Part shown: positions 21,205-29,935 of the stretch, piece by piece
Position numbering within the stretch: position 1 is the first letter of the stretch
Layout: every line of letters starts with the position of its first letter
Assembly (NCBI GenBank): GCA_965243395.1
Contig: CBDEUS010000001.1
Span: 224,001-288,000, forward strand
Direction: 5' to 3'
DNA from: Gammaproteobacteria bacterium
GTDB lineage: Bacteria > Pseudomonadota > Gammaproteobacteria > UBA4575
Length of the DNA stretch: 64,000 nucleotides
Position numbers and translations under genes: made by a program
Notes under the pieces: model-generated
Seen by the model: the letters and a program-made list of their open reading frames with translations, nothing else
Told to the model about the DNA's origin: nothing
The model's database searches: none

Positions 21205-21318
21205 ATGACTGAAGAAGAATACAAACATGCTATTAAAAACCTCGTAATTAGCGTATTTGCAGCGGGCGTGCCACTTTATTTGTTCTTTTTTTTAGCTATT
21301 ATTTTAGATAATCATTAG
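21205..21318 (+). CDS. 37-aa single-TM peptide
   Basis: MTEEEYKHAIKNLVISVFAAGVPLYLFFFLAIILDNH* preceded by AGGAG. Confidence 0.5.
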   Translation: MTEEEYKHAIKNLVISVFAAGVPLYLFFFLAIILDNH

Positions 21319-21332
21319 GATATAGAGTTTGT

Positions 21333-21443
21333 ATGTATGCATTGGATAATAAGCAGACATTTTAAGTTTATAAATTATTGAATCTAACCTGACATTCTCC
21401 TCAATGGTTTAATTTATGACAACTTACGGCCAATAGCAGGCGT
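21333..21443 (-). repeat. Degenerate orphan doublet site (55-bp linker)
   Basis: atgtatgcatt-ggataa-taagcagacat +55 bp (contains ttgaatctaacc)+ atgacaactta-cggcca-atagcaggcgt. Confidence 0.7.
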
Positions 21444-21508
21444 GAATTAATCATCTTATACGCTTTGATTATGGCATTTTTCTTTTAATTTTTAGCAAGA
21501 TAACCTAT

Positions 21509-21877
21509 ATGAATCTTAAATCAGTTATTTTTTTAATTTTGTTTAATATTATTTTAGTTTTGTCTGGATGCTCATCACCTGAAGAAATGGCAGCCAACAA
21601 GGCTGAAAAGGAAGCACTTAAGCATCTTCACTCAGCGCAAAATGGTGCAGCAATTTCTCAGTTAAAACTTGGTAATGCGTACCATGTTGGTAATGGCGTA
21701 ACCCAAGACAATAAATACGCGTACATGTGGGTAAGCTTTGCAGTGGAGCAAGGATTAGGCGCTTCTGCGGATGAATCTTTTGAAAAAATAAAAGCGGATA
21801 TGACCTCTTCTGAAATTGAGGAAGCTAAAAAATTAGCATTAACATGTAAGAAAGAAAAAGGTTACAGAGACTGCTGA
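21509..21877 (+). CDS. Sel1-repeat lipoprotein
   Basis: LSGC lipobox; SQLKLGNAYHVGNGVTQDNKYAYMW Sel1 repeat. Confidence 0.82.
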   Translation: MNLKSVIFLILFNIILVLSGCSSPEEMAANKAEKEALKHLHSAQNGAAISQLKLGNAYHVGNGVTQDNKYAYMWVSFAVEQGLGASADESFEKIKADMTSSEIEEAKKLALTCKKEKGYRDC

Positions 21878-21968
21878 ATTGCATAAATTCTTACTCTGGT
21901 CTAATTATGACCTATTGAAAATATTTACTTTGGATTAAATGCTTTCCTTGTATATATATCTACTATAC

Positions 21969-22004
21969 CTAACGATAAAATGTAGCCCCACATTGAGCAG
22001 GGCT
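21969..22004 (+). repeat. 36-bp direct repeat, copy 2
   Basis: CTAACGATAAAATGTAGCCCCACATTGAGCAGGGCT. Confidence 0.75.
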
Positions 22005-22120
22005 TACTTAGTTAGTTATTATTGCTTAGCAAAGTCTTCATATTTATCCATAAATGCACGTACTTCGCTCGTAATGTTCTATCCTAAAAGAAGCACTTTT
22101 ATATGAGTTTGAAATGACCG

Positions 22121-22411
22121 CTACTGCTCAAACGGCAATTCAAGTTGACGGTCTACAATTGCCTGTAATGAGTCTTGCAGTTGTTGCGTAGAGATTTCTT
22201 GTCGATTGTATAAATCTAGTAGACAAAACGATTTATTGCCATCGATACCATGTGCTTTTGAAAACAGGTACATGCAATCATCGTGGTTAACTGCGTATTC
22301 GGGGTATTTTTTATCTAATTCGATCTGCTCAGTTTGTGTTGCAGCCTCGCGGGCACGAAGATATTGAATATATGGAGACTTCTCAGCTTCCCATTGATTA
22401 TTTATGTTCAT
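22121..22411 (-). CDS. Hypothetical protein
   Basis: 96-aa ORF with an AGGGG SD-like sequence. Confidence 0.55.
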   Translation of the reverse strand: MNINNQWEAEKSPYIQYLRAREAATQTEQIELDKKYPEYAVNHDDCMYLFSKAHGIDGNKSFCLLDLYNRQEISTQQLQDSLQAIVDRQLELPFEQ

Positions 22412-22587
22412 ATCAAACCCCCTTTTAAAAAAATCAAATGATTGTCTGATAACAGAAAACTGATTAATTCCATAAATTAATAACGGAACTCTTGTGATTT
22501 CCCGTTACTTAATATTTATTGTACCCTCATTAATAAATTTCAGTCAATCGTTTTTGAGCCCTCATAAATTGTTGATACAATTCACAA

Positions 22588-22770
22588 ATGAGAAAACGTA
22601 AACCGGGTAGACCAAAATCTGAAAACCCTGCAACTAAAAAGCTACCTATGGTGCGGGTTACACCAGACCAGTTAGAAAACTATAAGGAAGCTGCCGAAAT
22701 TGAAGGGTTGGCTTTCAGTGCTTGGGTTAGGACTGTACTGGATAAGGCTGCGAAGCGCGTTCTTAAATGA
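22588..22770 (+). CDS. Small ribbon-helix-helix-like DNA-binding protein
   Basis: GRPK...MVRVTPDQLENYKEAAEIEGLAFSAWVRTVL pattern. Confidence 0.65.
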   Translation: MRKRKPGRPKSENPATKKLPMVRVTPDQLENYKEAAEIEGLAFSAWVRTVLDKAAKRVLK

Positions 22771-22777
22771 AACAAGT

Positions 22778-23704
22778 ATGAGTCATGGCCCAACTAGAAT
22801 TAGTACTAAAGGATTATGCATTTATTGTCATTCTACAAATGTAGACTTAACTGATGAACATATACTTCCGTATTTCATTGGTGGTTTTCATATTATTAAT
22901 AATGCTAGTTGTAAAGAGTGTGCAAAAATTACAACTAAATTTGAAAGAGATGTAGCGCGAGGTTTTTGGGGAGATGCTAGAAACGCTTATGGAGCACCTA
23001 CTCGAAGAAAAAAGAAACGAAAGAAATTTATTTATCTAGATGATCAGATAAATATAGGGGGAAAGTTAAAAATACCGTTTAATGAATATCCTGCGCCTAT
23101 GATTTTTTATTGCATGGGCACTGCGGGGTTATTACTTGGAAACTCCGAATCCGTTGACAGCGCGAGCAATTGGACTTTTAAGGCGATAGTAGATCAAAAA
23201 AAACTTGAGGCTTTTGAGAAAAAATATCCTGGTCAATTAACTACAAAAGTTCGGTTCCCACATGATAGTTTTGCAAAATTAATAATAAAAATTGGTTATG
23301 GACAAATTTTGTGTTCTCTTGACCCAGGAGATTTTCGCCCGATTTGTTTGCCGTACCTTTTTGGCAAGAAAACTAATTATTCGTACATAGTTGGTAGCAG
23401 GAAAAGCATACCGGAACCAGAGCCAGGATTAGGTTATATAATGAGAAGTCATTGTATTGGGACTTCAGATTACTTACTGCTAGTTGCTGAAATAAGAATC
23501 ATCGCTAATAATCATACTCCTGCTTATCATGTAGTAGTGGGTGATGTATCTGGGGAAAATCAAGTAAGTTATGTACGCAAAAAAATTCAAGCAGTTTACG
23601 ATGTTATCATTCCAGATAACTCAGCAGGACCGCAATACACTTCTGATGAATTTCATTGGGCGCCACAAATCTGGCCATTACCAGTTCAGACTGAATGTAG
23701 CTAA
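22778..23704 (+). CDS. HNH-endonuclease-like protein
   Basis: CIYC...TDEHILP..IGG...CKEC zinc/HNH pattern at the N-terminus; start moved to MSHGPT. Confidence 0.7.
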   Translation: MSHGPTRISTKGLCIYCHSTNVDLTDEHILPYFIGGFHIINNASCKECAKITTKFERDVARGFWGDARNAYGAPTRRKKKRKKFIYLDDQINIGGKLKIPFNEYPAPMIFYCMGTAGLLLGNSESVDSASNWTFKAIVDQKKLEAFEKKYPGQLTTKVRFPHDSFAKLIIKIGYGQILCSLDPGDFRPICLPYLFGKKTNYSYIVGSRKSIPEPEPGLGYIMRSHCIGTSDYLLLVAEIRIIANNHTPAYHVVVGDVSGENQVSYVRKKIQAVYDVIIPDNSAGPQYTSDEFHWAPQIWPLPVQTECS

Positions 23705-23736
23705 GAGAAATTTGCAATCTAAATCATCTAAATTAA

Positions 23737-23925
23737 ATGAATAAGAAAAGAGGCATGCAAAGGCTTGGGTTATTGTTAGGGACGATAGGACTACTCTGGC
23801 TCTTTGTAATGTGGAATGCTTTTAGCGGCAGTAGTTTTTGGGAGGGGTTTTTAGCTGCAGGAGTTTTCCCCGTTGCTGTAGTGATGGGAATTTATTGGGT
23901 TATATATGGGTTTGTTGTAGATTAA
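23737..23925 (+). CDS. Small 2-TM membrane protein
   Basis: Two hydrophobic helices. Confidence 0.5.
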   Translation: MNKKRGMQRLGLLLGTIGLLWLFVMWNAFSGSSFWEGFLAAGVFPVAVVMGIYWVIYGFVVD

Positions 23926-23935
23926 ATTTGTCATT

Positions 23936-24244
23936 TTATTTACCTTCTCTAATAATTGCATATAATTCTTCATCAGATAGTTCCTCAACTGGACGATCAT
24001 CTTGGTACGTATCTATAATTTTTGTCGCTTTCCCATCAAGCCGATCGCCAATTTCTTTTATTGCTTGCATATCACCGGCAAGTGCTTTTGAAATAAGCTG
24101 ATTAGCAATTTCACGTAATGCTTGGCCTCTATTAATTGAATTATTCTCAAAGTTATCTAATGCATGCTTAAGTGCATATCTCCATTCACTCGCTTTGCGA
24201 GCATTTTGATTGCCTTTTGGTGCTCCACCTTTATTCACTGACAT
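23936..24244 (-). CDS. Terminase-small-subunit-like phage protein
   Basis: GGAPKGNQNARK N-terminus, AIKEIGDRLDGK, C-terminal ELSDEEL; these motifs are common in TerS-like proteins. Confidence 0.55.
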   Translation of the reverse strand: MSVNKGGAPKGNQNARKASEWRYALKHALDNFENNSINRGQALREIANQLISKALAGDMQAIKEIGDRLDGKATKIIDTYQDDRPVEELSDEELYAIIREGK

Positions 24245-24293
24245 AGTTGATTCAACCTTAAGTTTCTGTTTTATAGAATGATATTATTTGTCT

Positions 24294-25649
24294 TCAAACA
24301 TAAGTCACCATTTCTGGATAATATGATTCTGCAATTAACCTAATTGCATTGCTGTCTAATTGCCCATTTTCAATGTCATCAAAATCTTTATCGTCAAGCT
24401 TTGTCATGAATTCATCACAATCTACATCAGTATTTTGCAATGCAGCCTCAATTTTTATTCGGTTCACTTCATTCCTAGTCTGATCCGGGTGAACTTTCTG
24501 GACTTTGTGGTCCAAGTGAACCAGATTAGAGAGATGATTAGGTTCAGAAGGTTCAGGAAGTTCAGAAAGCTCATTAGTTTCTTCTTGGGGGTCTTTTGAA
24601 CCGAATCGTTCTGCATTGAGTTTATTAACAAGTGCCTCAGGTAACTGCCAGATACATTCACGACCATTAGGGATCGACTCAATACCTAACTTACATGCTG
24701 CTCGCTTGATCGTGCTATCAGTAAAGTCTTGTTTTTTTAAATCCCTGAAGACATCTGCACGCTTTCTTGCTCCGTTTATGAGTAGTTCTATTAGTGCTGC
24801 TTTTGTTTCTTCGAGTATAAATTTTCGGTCAATTTGTTCTTCTGTAGAAAAAGCTTCTTCAGCACTTTGTGTGACTGGCTCCAATTCCCATTGCACAATT
24901 GGAAGACCGTCATGATCAATCACGCTATATGCTAAACCCGGTGTTTCTTTTGATAGGTTCGCCTTCAATGGAAGCATTAGTCTTCTAGTGGGATCATCTT
25001 GATCTTTTGTAATGGCGAACGCTGCACGAGCAGCGGCTACGAATGCAATGGAACCACTTAAACGGTGTAGAGGCGTTTCACTAGTTGATTTATTTAAGTG
25101 TTCTATTCCTATGACTGCGATTTCCAACCTTGCTGCCATTTGCGTAAGTGGCGCGAGGATTGCGCGTGTATCTGCATTTTTATGCGTGTCGACACCTGCG
25201 CAATACTGTTTGAGAGGGTCAATAACCAGCAAACGGATATTAGGAATTGATCGTAATACTTCTTCCAGTAAACTAATATTTTGCAGTGAATAAGAAGTTA
25301 TTCTTCCATTGGGTTCGATTACATCACCTAAAAGCATAACTTGATTCAAGTCCGCACCTGCAGCCTGCAATCTTGGAGCGATGGTATCGGCTGCGTCGTC
25401 TTCTGATGCAAGGATTGCACAGGCTCCACGGGGACATTCTCCTTTATCAGGGAAACTTCTACCCGTAGTGACTCTTGCAATAATGTCAATAGACACGAGC
25501 GTCTTACCTAAACCAGGATCACCCCCAAGCAAACTTAACTTGCCTAAAGGTATTCGATTATTCCAAAGCCAATTCAAGGGTTTTATTTCTACACTGGATG
25601 CATTTGTGCATTCAATATGTCTTGCTTTCCTTATGGGCGTTGGGTTCAT
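24294..25649 (-). CDS. AAA_25/RepA-like replicative helicase
   Basis: WLW..RIP.GKLSLLGGDPGLGKT Walker A, LLVIDP Walker B, HLNK, GSIAFVAAAR. Confidence 0.85.
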   Translation of the reverse strand: MNPTPIRKARHIECTNASSVEIKPLNWLWNNRIPLGKLSLLGGDPGLGKTLVSIDIIARVTTGRSFPDKGECPRGACAILASEDDAADTIAPRLQAAGADLNQVMLLGDVIEPNGRITSYSLQNISLLEEVLRSIPNIRLLVIDPLKQYCAGVDTHKNADTRAILAPLTQMAARLEIAVIGIEHLNKSTSETPLHRLSGSIAFVAAARAAFAITKDQDDPTRRLMLPLKANLSKETPGLAYSVIDHDGLPIVQWELEPVTQSAEEAFSTEEQIDRKFILEETKAALIELLINGARKRADVFRDLKKQDFTDSTIKRAACKLGIESIPNGRECIWQLPEALVNKLNAERFGSKDPQEETNELSELPEPSEPNHLSNLVHLDHKVQKVHPDQTRNEVNRIKIEAALQNTDVDCDEFMTKLDDKDFDDIENGQLDSNAIRLIAESYYPEMVTYV

Positions 25650-26113
25650 GCAGCCTTCCTTTGCTGAATATCAGGTTGTTCTTCAGGATTAGGTTGCTTC
25701 CAAAAAACGGTTTCGTTGTTAACAACTCCATAAACTTCTGCAGCTCCACATATAATTAATGCTTTTCCTAATTCATAGATATGTTGATTACATTCGCCGC
25801 GTGAAAGTATTTGTACCTTTCTATTTCTTACAGGCCAGGTGAATTCAAATGCACTCCTATTAGGTGGTAACGCCATTGCTGCAACTGGGAAGTCATCTGG
25901 TGTGTAAAAGTAAGCTTCTGCACAACGTTCTAAGGCTTCGTCTCCTACATATATATGTGTTATTGGATCTCGGTTATCTACTTCATTTGCATGCGGTGGA
26001 TTTTTACTTCCACATCGTTTGTTAGTAGTGGTATCATTCGACGTGTCCTTGATGCCGTCTGTAAAAGCATCTTTAGAAAAGCCCGATTGCCCGATCGGGT
26101 TTTTTGTTTCCAT
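25646..26113 (-). CDS. Hypothetical protein translationally coupled to the helicase
   Basis: ATGA-type overlap with the helicase start. Confidence 0.6.
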   Translation of the reverse strand: METKNPIGQSGFSKDAFTDGIKDTSNDTTTNKRCGSKNPPHANEVDNRDPITHIYVGDEALERCAEAYFYTPDDFPVAAMALPPNRSAFEFTWPVRNRKVQILSRGECNQHIYELGKALIICGAAEVYGVVNNETVFWKQPNPEEQPDIQQRKAA

Positions 26114-26137
26114 AGTATATTTCCTCTTGTTGGTTCA

Positions 26138-26368
26138 TTAAGCTGCTGCTGTATTGGCTTGCTCAGCAAATTGAGAATTAAACTTTTCTAGTGTCTCTTT
26201 ACGGTATAGAACTTTTTTCCCACGTTTTTCAAATGCAGGAGCTTGCTTACCAAATAACTCGCCAGACATTCGAGATTGTTTTAATGTATTAGGTGAACAA
26301 CCGATTTCAATTGCTGCCTCGTGTGTAGATAGCAATTGTTTGAGAGTAAGATTTGTTTGCTGTTTCAT
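26138..26368 (-). CDS. Excisionase/AlpA-like HTH protein
   Basis: LLSTHEAAIEIGCSPNTLKQSR...PAFEKRGKKVLYRKETLEKF. Confidence 0.8.
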   Translation of the reverse strand: MKQQTNLTLKQLLSTHEAAIEIGCSPNTLKQSRMSGELFGKQAPAFEKRGKKVLYRKETLEKFNSQFAEQANTAAA

Positions 26369-26533
26369 ATATCACCGCATATATAAGTATCTGAGGTGAT
26401 TAGGTTGTATCCGCGATTTCCGCGAATCAATATGCAAGACTAAATTTATTCATTTCCAAATGATTGAAAATTAAAAGAAATATTGCATTGGTGAAAAAAG
26501 TTCCGCGCGCGGGTTTGCGCGAACGATAGAAGT

Positions 26534-27247
26534 TTATTTTTTGCGAGGACTTCGGGTAAGCCTGGCAATTCTACTAGCAGATTTACCTCTACTTTTATCT
26601 GTTCCTTCTAGTTTTTCACATAGCTGTTCATGAGAGAGATTAGGAAATTTTTTATGAAGATCATTTACAGCTTCTTGTAGCTGAGGGTCTCTATCTGAAC
26701 TACCAGCGAAAAATTCATTAAAGTGATTAAAAGGGATTTGCATTTCTTCTGGAATAGACAAATTAGCTTTTCCCGCAGTAGAAATTATTTCATTAGGAGA
26801 TAATTTTTCGTCTCTATCAATAAATGTATTAAACCTATGGTAGTCTTCGTTTTGCTCTTGTGACCATTGTGCTTCACTACGTGTTATAGGTATTTTAGAT
26901 AAATAACAGAATGCTTCTTGAACAGAGAATTTCCTTTCGCAATAAACAGCTTCAGCAAATAATGTGTAATCGGGTTCATTCGATGTTGAAAATGAAATTG
27001 GTGGGTCATTGAGTAGGCCCGGAAAACCATAACCATACTTCTCGTAAAACCAACCTGAAAATATTTCTTTATTAATATAGTTTGACTTAACACATTCAAG
27101 TTTCCCTTCATTAATTGCGTTTCTAATATCTTCTTTGAGCTCATTGCTGGATTTTGGAGATTCATCTTCATCAGGATCGTAGACCTCTAGAATTTCATCT
27201 ATCTTCCAATATTTTATAAGTGGGAGTTTTTCAGGTAGGTCTAACAT
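26534..27247 (-). CDS. Hypothetical protein (possible regulator) downstream of integrase
   Basis: 237-aa ORF starting 5 bp after the int stop. Confidence 0.6.
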   Translation of the reverse strand: MLDLPEKLPLIKYWKIDEILEVYDPDEDESPKSSNELKEDIRNAINEGKLECVKSNYINKEIFSGWFYEKYGYGFPGLLNDPPISFSTSNEPDYTLFAEAVYCERKFSVQEAFCYLSKIPITRSEAQWSQEQNEDYHRFNTFIDRDEKLSPNEIISTAGKANLSIPEEMQIPFNHFNEFFAGSSDRDPQLQEAVNDLHKKFPNLSHEQLCEKLEGTDKSRGKSASRIARLTRSPRKK

Positions 27248-27252
27248 AGTTT

Positions 27253-28497
27253 TTAAATATCATTTAACAAAGCCACAGCCGCAGCCTTATGCTCAGGCGC
27301 TAAATGTGCATAGCGTAGCGTCATGGATAGCTCTGAATGACCAAGCAATTCACGTACAGTATTTAAATCAACACCTGCCATGACTAACTTGCTCGCAAAG
27401 TGGTGTCGTAAATCATGAAAGCGAAAGTCTTTTATCTGAGAAGTCTTTCGTAGGTTTTCCCAAGCGGTTTGAATGTTATCGAAACGTTTACCTGTATTAG
27501 GATTAGGGAATACAAATCTCTTTGATTCAGTCTGATTTCTCCAAGCGATTAACGTACCCAGTGCTTCATCGTTTAGAGGGATGTGACGTGTTGAACCTGA
27601 TTTAGATGAAACACCTTCAACAGTTATGTTTCTTTTCTTGAGATCGACGTTTTCCCATCGAAGATCAAACAACTCACCTCTGCGCATACCTGTGTTTATG
27701 GCTACTAGAATCATGGGCTTTAAGTAATCAGCAAATGACTTTTTGCTTAAATCTTCTAATAGTTTCTTGCCTCTAGCTGCTCTCCAATCATTTCCAGATT
27801 GTCTATCCTTGATAATACTTTTCTCTCTAGAATCTAATGCTTTTCTGAGTCTCTTTTCTTCATCATCCGTCAAGTAGCGTATCTTTCCTTTACTATCGAC
27901 CTTTAAAGGTTTGACCTTTGTAAGAGGGTGCTTGTTAATAACTCCCCATTCGAGTGCTTTAGATAAGACGGCTTTCAACGCCATCAACTGACGATTAACC
28001 GTTGAGGGTTTGAGACCCTCCTTAATTTCCACAGTCCGCCACTTTTGTATTTCCCATGGAGTGATTTCTTCCATATTGTGTTTCATAAGATGAGGGAAGG
28101 CGAGGTTAAGTTTCTTGAGAGTTTCCTCACCCGATTTACGTTCGACGAGTACCCAAGGTTTATATTTATTCTCGATGAACTTGCCTAGGACTTGATGCTT
28201 TCTGGCTTCACTTCTTTTCTTGGCTGATTTTTTGTTTTCTTGAATGTCCTGGCCTTTGGCTAATTCACCTATTTTGATCTTTGCATGTTCACGAGCTTGA
28301 TCAGCAGTCAGTTTGCCATACTTGCCTAAGGTGTATTCTTTACCTGAACCATTGTGACGATAGTAAATACAAAAGCTTTTCACTCCGCTTGGCATGACGC
28401 GTAAGAAGAATCCAGGCTGTTCGGTATCCCAAACCTTGTAGTACTTAGATCGTGGCTTAAAAGCCTTTACAGTGCGTGTCGTAAGCTTCTCTTTCAC
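27253..28497 (-). CDS. int: Tyrosine integrase with N-terminal arm-binding domain
   Basis: TGMRRGEL (R), SKSG (K), FHDLRH (HxxR), LLGHS, RYAH (Y); N-terminal WD...GFFLRV.PSG.KS...TLGKYG. Confidence 0.96.
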   Translation of the reverse strand: MKEKLTTRTVKAFKPRSKYYKVWDTEQPGFFLRVMPSGVKSFCIYYRHNGSGKEYTLGKYGKLTADQAREHAKIKIGELAKGQDIQENKKSAKKRSEARKHQVLGKFIENKYKPWVLVERKSGEETLKKLNLAFPHLMKHNMEEITPWEIQKWRTVEIKEGLKPSTVNRQLMALKAVLSKALEWGVINKHPLTKVKPLKVDSKGKIRYLTDDEEKRLRKALDSREKSIIKDRQSGNDWRAARGKKLLEDLSKKSFADYLKPMILVAINTGMRRGELFDLRWENVDLKKRNITVEGVSSKSGSTRHIPLNDEALGTLIAWRNQTESKRFVFPNPNTGKRFDNIQTAWENLRKTSQIKDFRFHDLRHHFASKLVMAGVDLNTVRELLGHSELSMTLRYAHLAPEHKAAAVALLNDI

Positions 28498-28499
28498 CG

Positions 28500-28518
28500 T
28501 TCCTGCACAATTCCTGCA
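28500..28518 (+). repeat. Putative integrase arm-type sites (right copy)
   Basis: TTCCTGCACAATTCCTGCA directly upstream of the integrase start codon. Confidence 0.7.
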
Positions 28519-28650
28519 TAATTAAAATACACTCATATACCTTGAGTGACTAAAATAAGGTTAATAAAAGCCTATAAATATAGGGATTATAACGAATATT
28601 AGGTATATAAAGGTATCTTACAGGATAGGGAAGGATAAGGCTATAACGCT

Positions 28651-28695
28651 TTCATAATGCTGGGGTCATTGGTTCAAGTCCAATCATAGCCACCA
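28651..28695 (+). repeat. att site: duplicate of the tRNA-Met 3' 45 bp
   Basis: TTCATAATGCTGGGGTCATTGGTTCAAGTCCAATCATAGCCACCA identical to 8132-8176. Confidence 0.97.
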
Positions 28696-28730
28696 CTCTT
28701 TCGAGTGGATTTTACTCGCAAAAATTATTT

Positions 28731-29933
28731 TTAAGAGGCCATTGCAAGTTTTGGTTTCTTGCGATGATCTTTTTGGCCCGGGATATATTTAGCGATGCGA
28801 GGAACGGAATGAGCAAGCACGCAAATATCATTTATACCTCGTTGTTCTGCGGTAGTTTCGATGTTTTCAGTAATTAAGTCTGCAATATTTTGATTCGTTA
28901 TACAGCGTATCGTCGCGTATTCCTGATTTACATTTGCGTGTGCAAGTTCATAGTCGTCATCACCCATTGCAACAAAGCGTGAATAACTGACATTCACACC
29001 GGGTGCTCCTGAATCCAACATTAAGTCCATGAATTGTTGTGACTGATCACGATTGACTACAGATGAAAAACACACTTGATTGGTTTGAGTTGTTTTATTT
29101 TGTTCCAAAAATTTAAGCCCTGTGCCTTTGCCTTGTCCTCCTACATCAAAAACTGCTTGATCACGCCAATGCGTGTGACCGGTTAAATGATCAATAGCGT
29201 GAATAATTTGTTGGGTGTTTGCAGGATAGTGAGGATTAGCGATGCGGCTAGGTAAATTAAACATGCCTTTATCAATCGGTAAGCTATACATGAAGCCGCG
29301 TGCGGGCAAATGAAATTCTCCGGCTTTTGCCATTGCGGTAAAGATTCCTTCTACATCCGAATTGTCCGCAAGAACCATTAATACTTCTTGTTCACTATCT
29401 TTTGTAATACGTAGCCAACCGAGTCGATCACGAAGACCTTTACCTTCTGCATAATAGACTACAGGGCCGTGTGCACCGGCATTGATGGCTGCTTTAGCGA
29501 TGCGGTCACTTAAGCTATGACTCACGCTACAAAAAATTGCACTTAAATTTTCTGAAAGCTTATGAGAATCTTTTGTGGTGTTTAAAGCTTCAGTTGTTCG
29601 TAAATTATGAAAGTTAGAACCCACATAAGCACTTTCACAAGGTGTGCTAAAGACGGCGCCCGTTGCTTGTAAGTCTAATTTGCCTTCTTCAATAACAAGT
29701 CCAAGAACACGATCGACATCATGTACGGGAACAACCATTTGTAACATGGTTTTTGAAGGGCTAATAGGAGGCACCCACGACTTCCACCAGTGCTCGCGTA
29801 ATAAAGTACCGCGTGCTTTTGACACTAATACATCAGTGACTTCTCGAGATGTTAGTGTATTAACAACTGTATCTGCTGATTGGTTAGGCAATACAGCTGT
29901 GATGAGTGAGATTTCGTGCTTACTATTAAACAT
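28731..29933 (-). CDS. Multi-domain P-II-like protein associated with DUF1538
   Basis: Repeated P-II-like segments (AAINAGAHGPVVYYAEGKGLRDRLG...EQEVL); in operon with the DUF1538 gene. Confidence 0.6.
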   Translation of the reverse strand: MFNSKHEISLITAVLPNQSADTVVNTLTSREVTDVLVSKARGTLLREHWWKSWVPPISPSKTMLQMVVPVHDVDRVLGLVIEEGKLDLQATGAVFSTPCESAYVGSNFHNLRTTEALNTTKDSHKLSENLSAIFCSVSHSLSDRIAKAAINAGAHGPVVYYAEGKGLRDRLGWLRITKDSEQEVLMVLADNSDVEGIFTAMAKAGEFHLPARGFMYSLPIDKGMFNLPSRIANPHYPANTQQIIHAIDHLTGHTHWRDQAVFDVGGQGKGTGLKFLEQNKTTQTNQVCFSSVVNRDQSQQFMDLMLDSGAPGVNVSYSRFVAMGDDDYELAHANVNQEYATIRCITNQNIADLITENIETTAEQRGINDICVLAHSVPRIAKYIPGQKDHRKKPKLAMAS

Positions 29934-29935
29934 GA

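Larger units (their letters stand above)
8132..28695. mobile_element. Integrated element (~20.5 kb, phage-satellite-like genomic island) at tRNA-Met
   Basis: The 45-bp tRNA 3' part (8132-8176) is repeated exactly at 28651-28695; a tyrosine integrase lies next to the right copy, followed by HTH, helicase and TerS-like genes. Confidence 0.93.

Noticed and set aside
28651-28695. Second tRNA-Met gene
   Set aside because: Only the 3' 45 nt are present with no D arm or 5' acceptor strand; it is the att duplicate.
8132-28695. Complete prophage or ICE
   Set aside because: No capsid, tail, large terminase, lysis, relaxase or T4SS genes were recognised.
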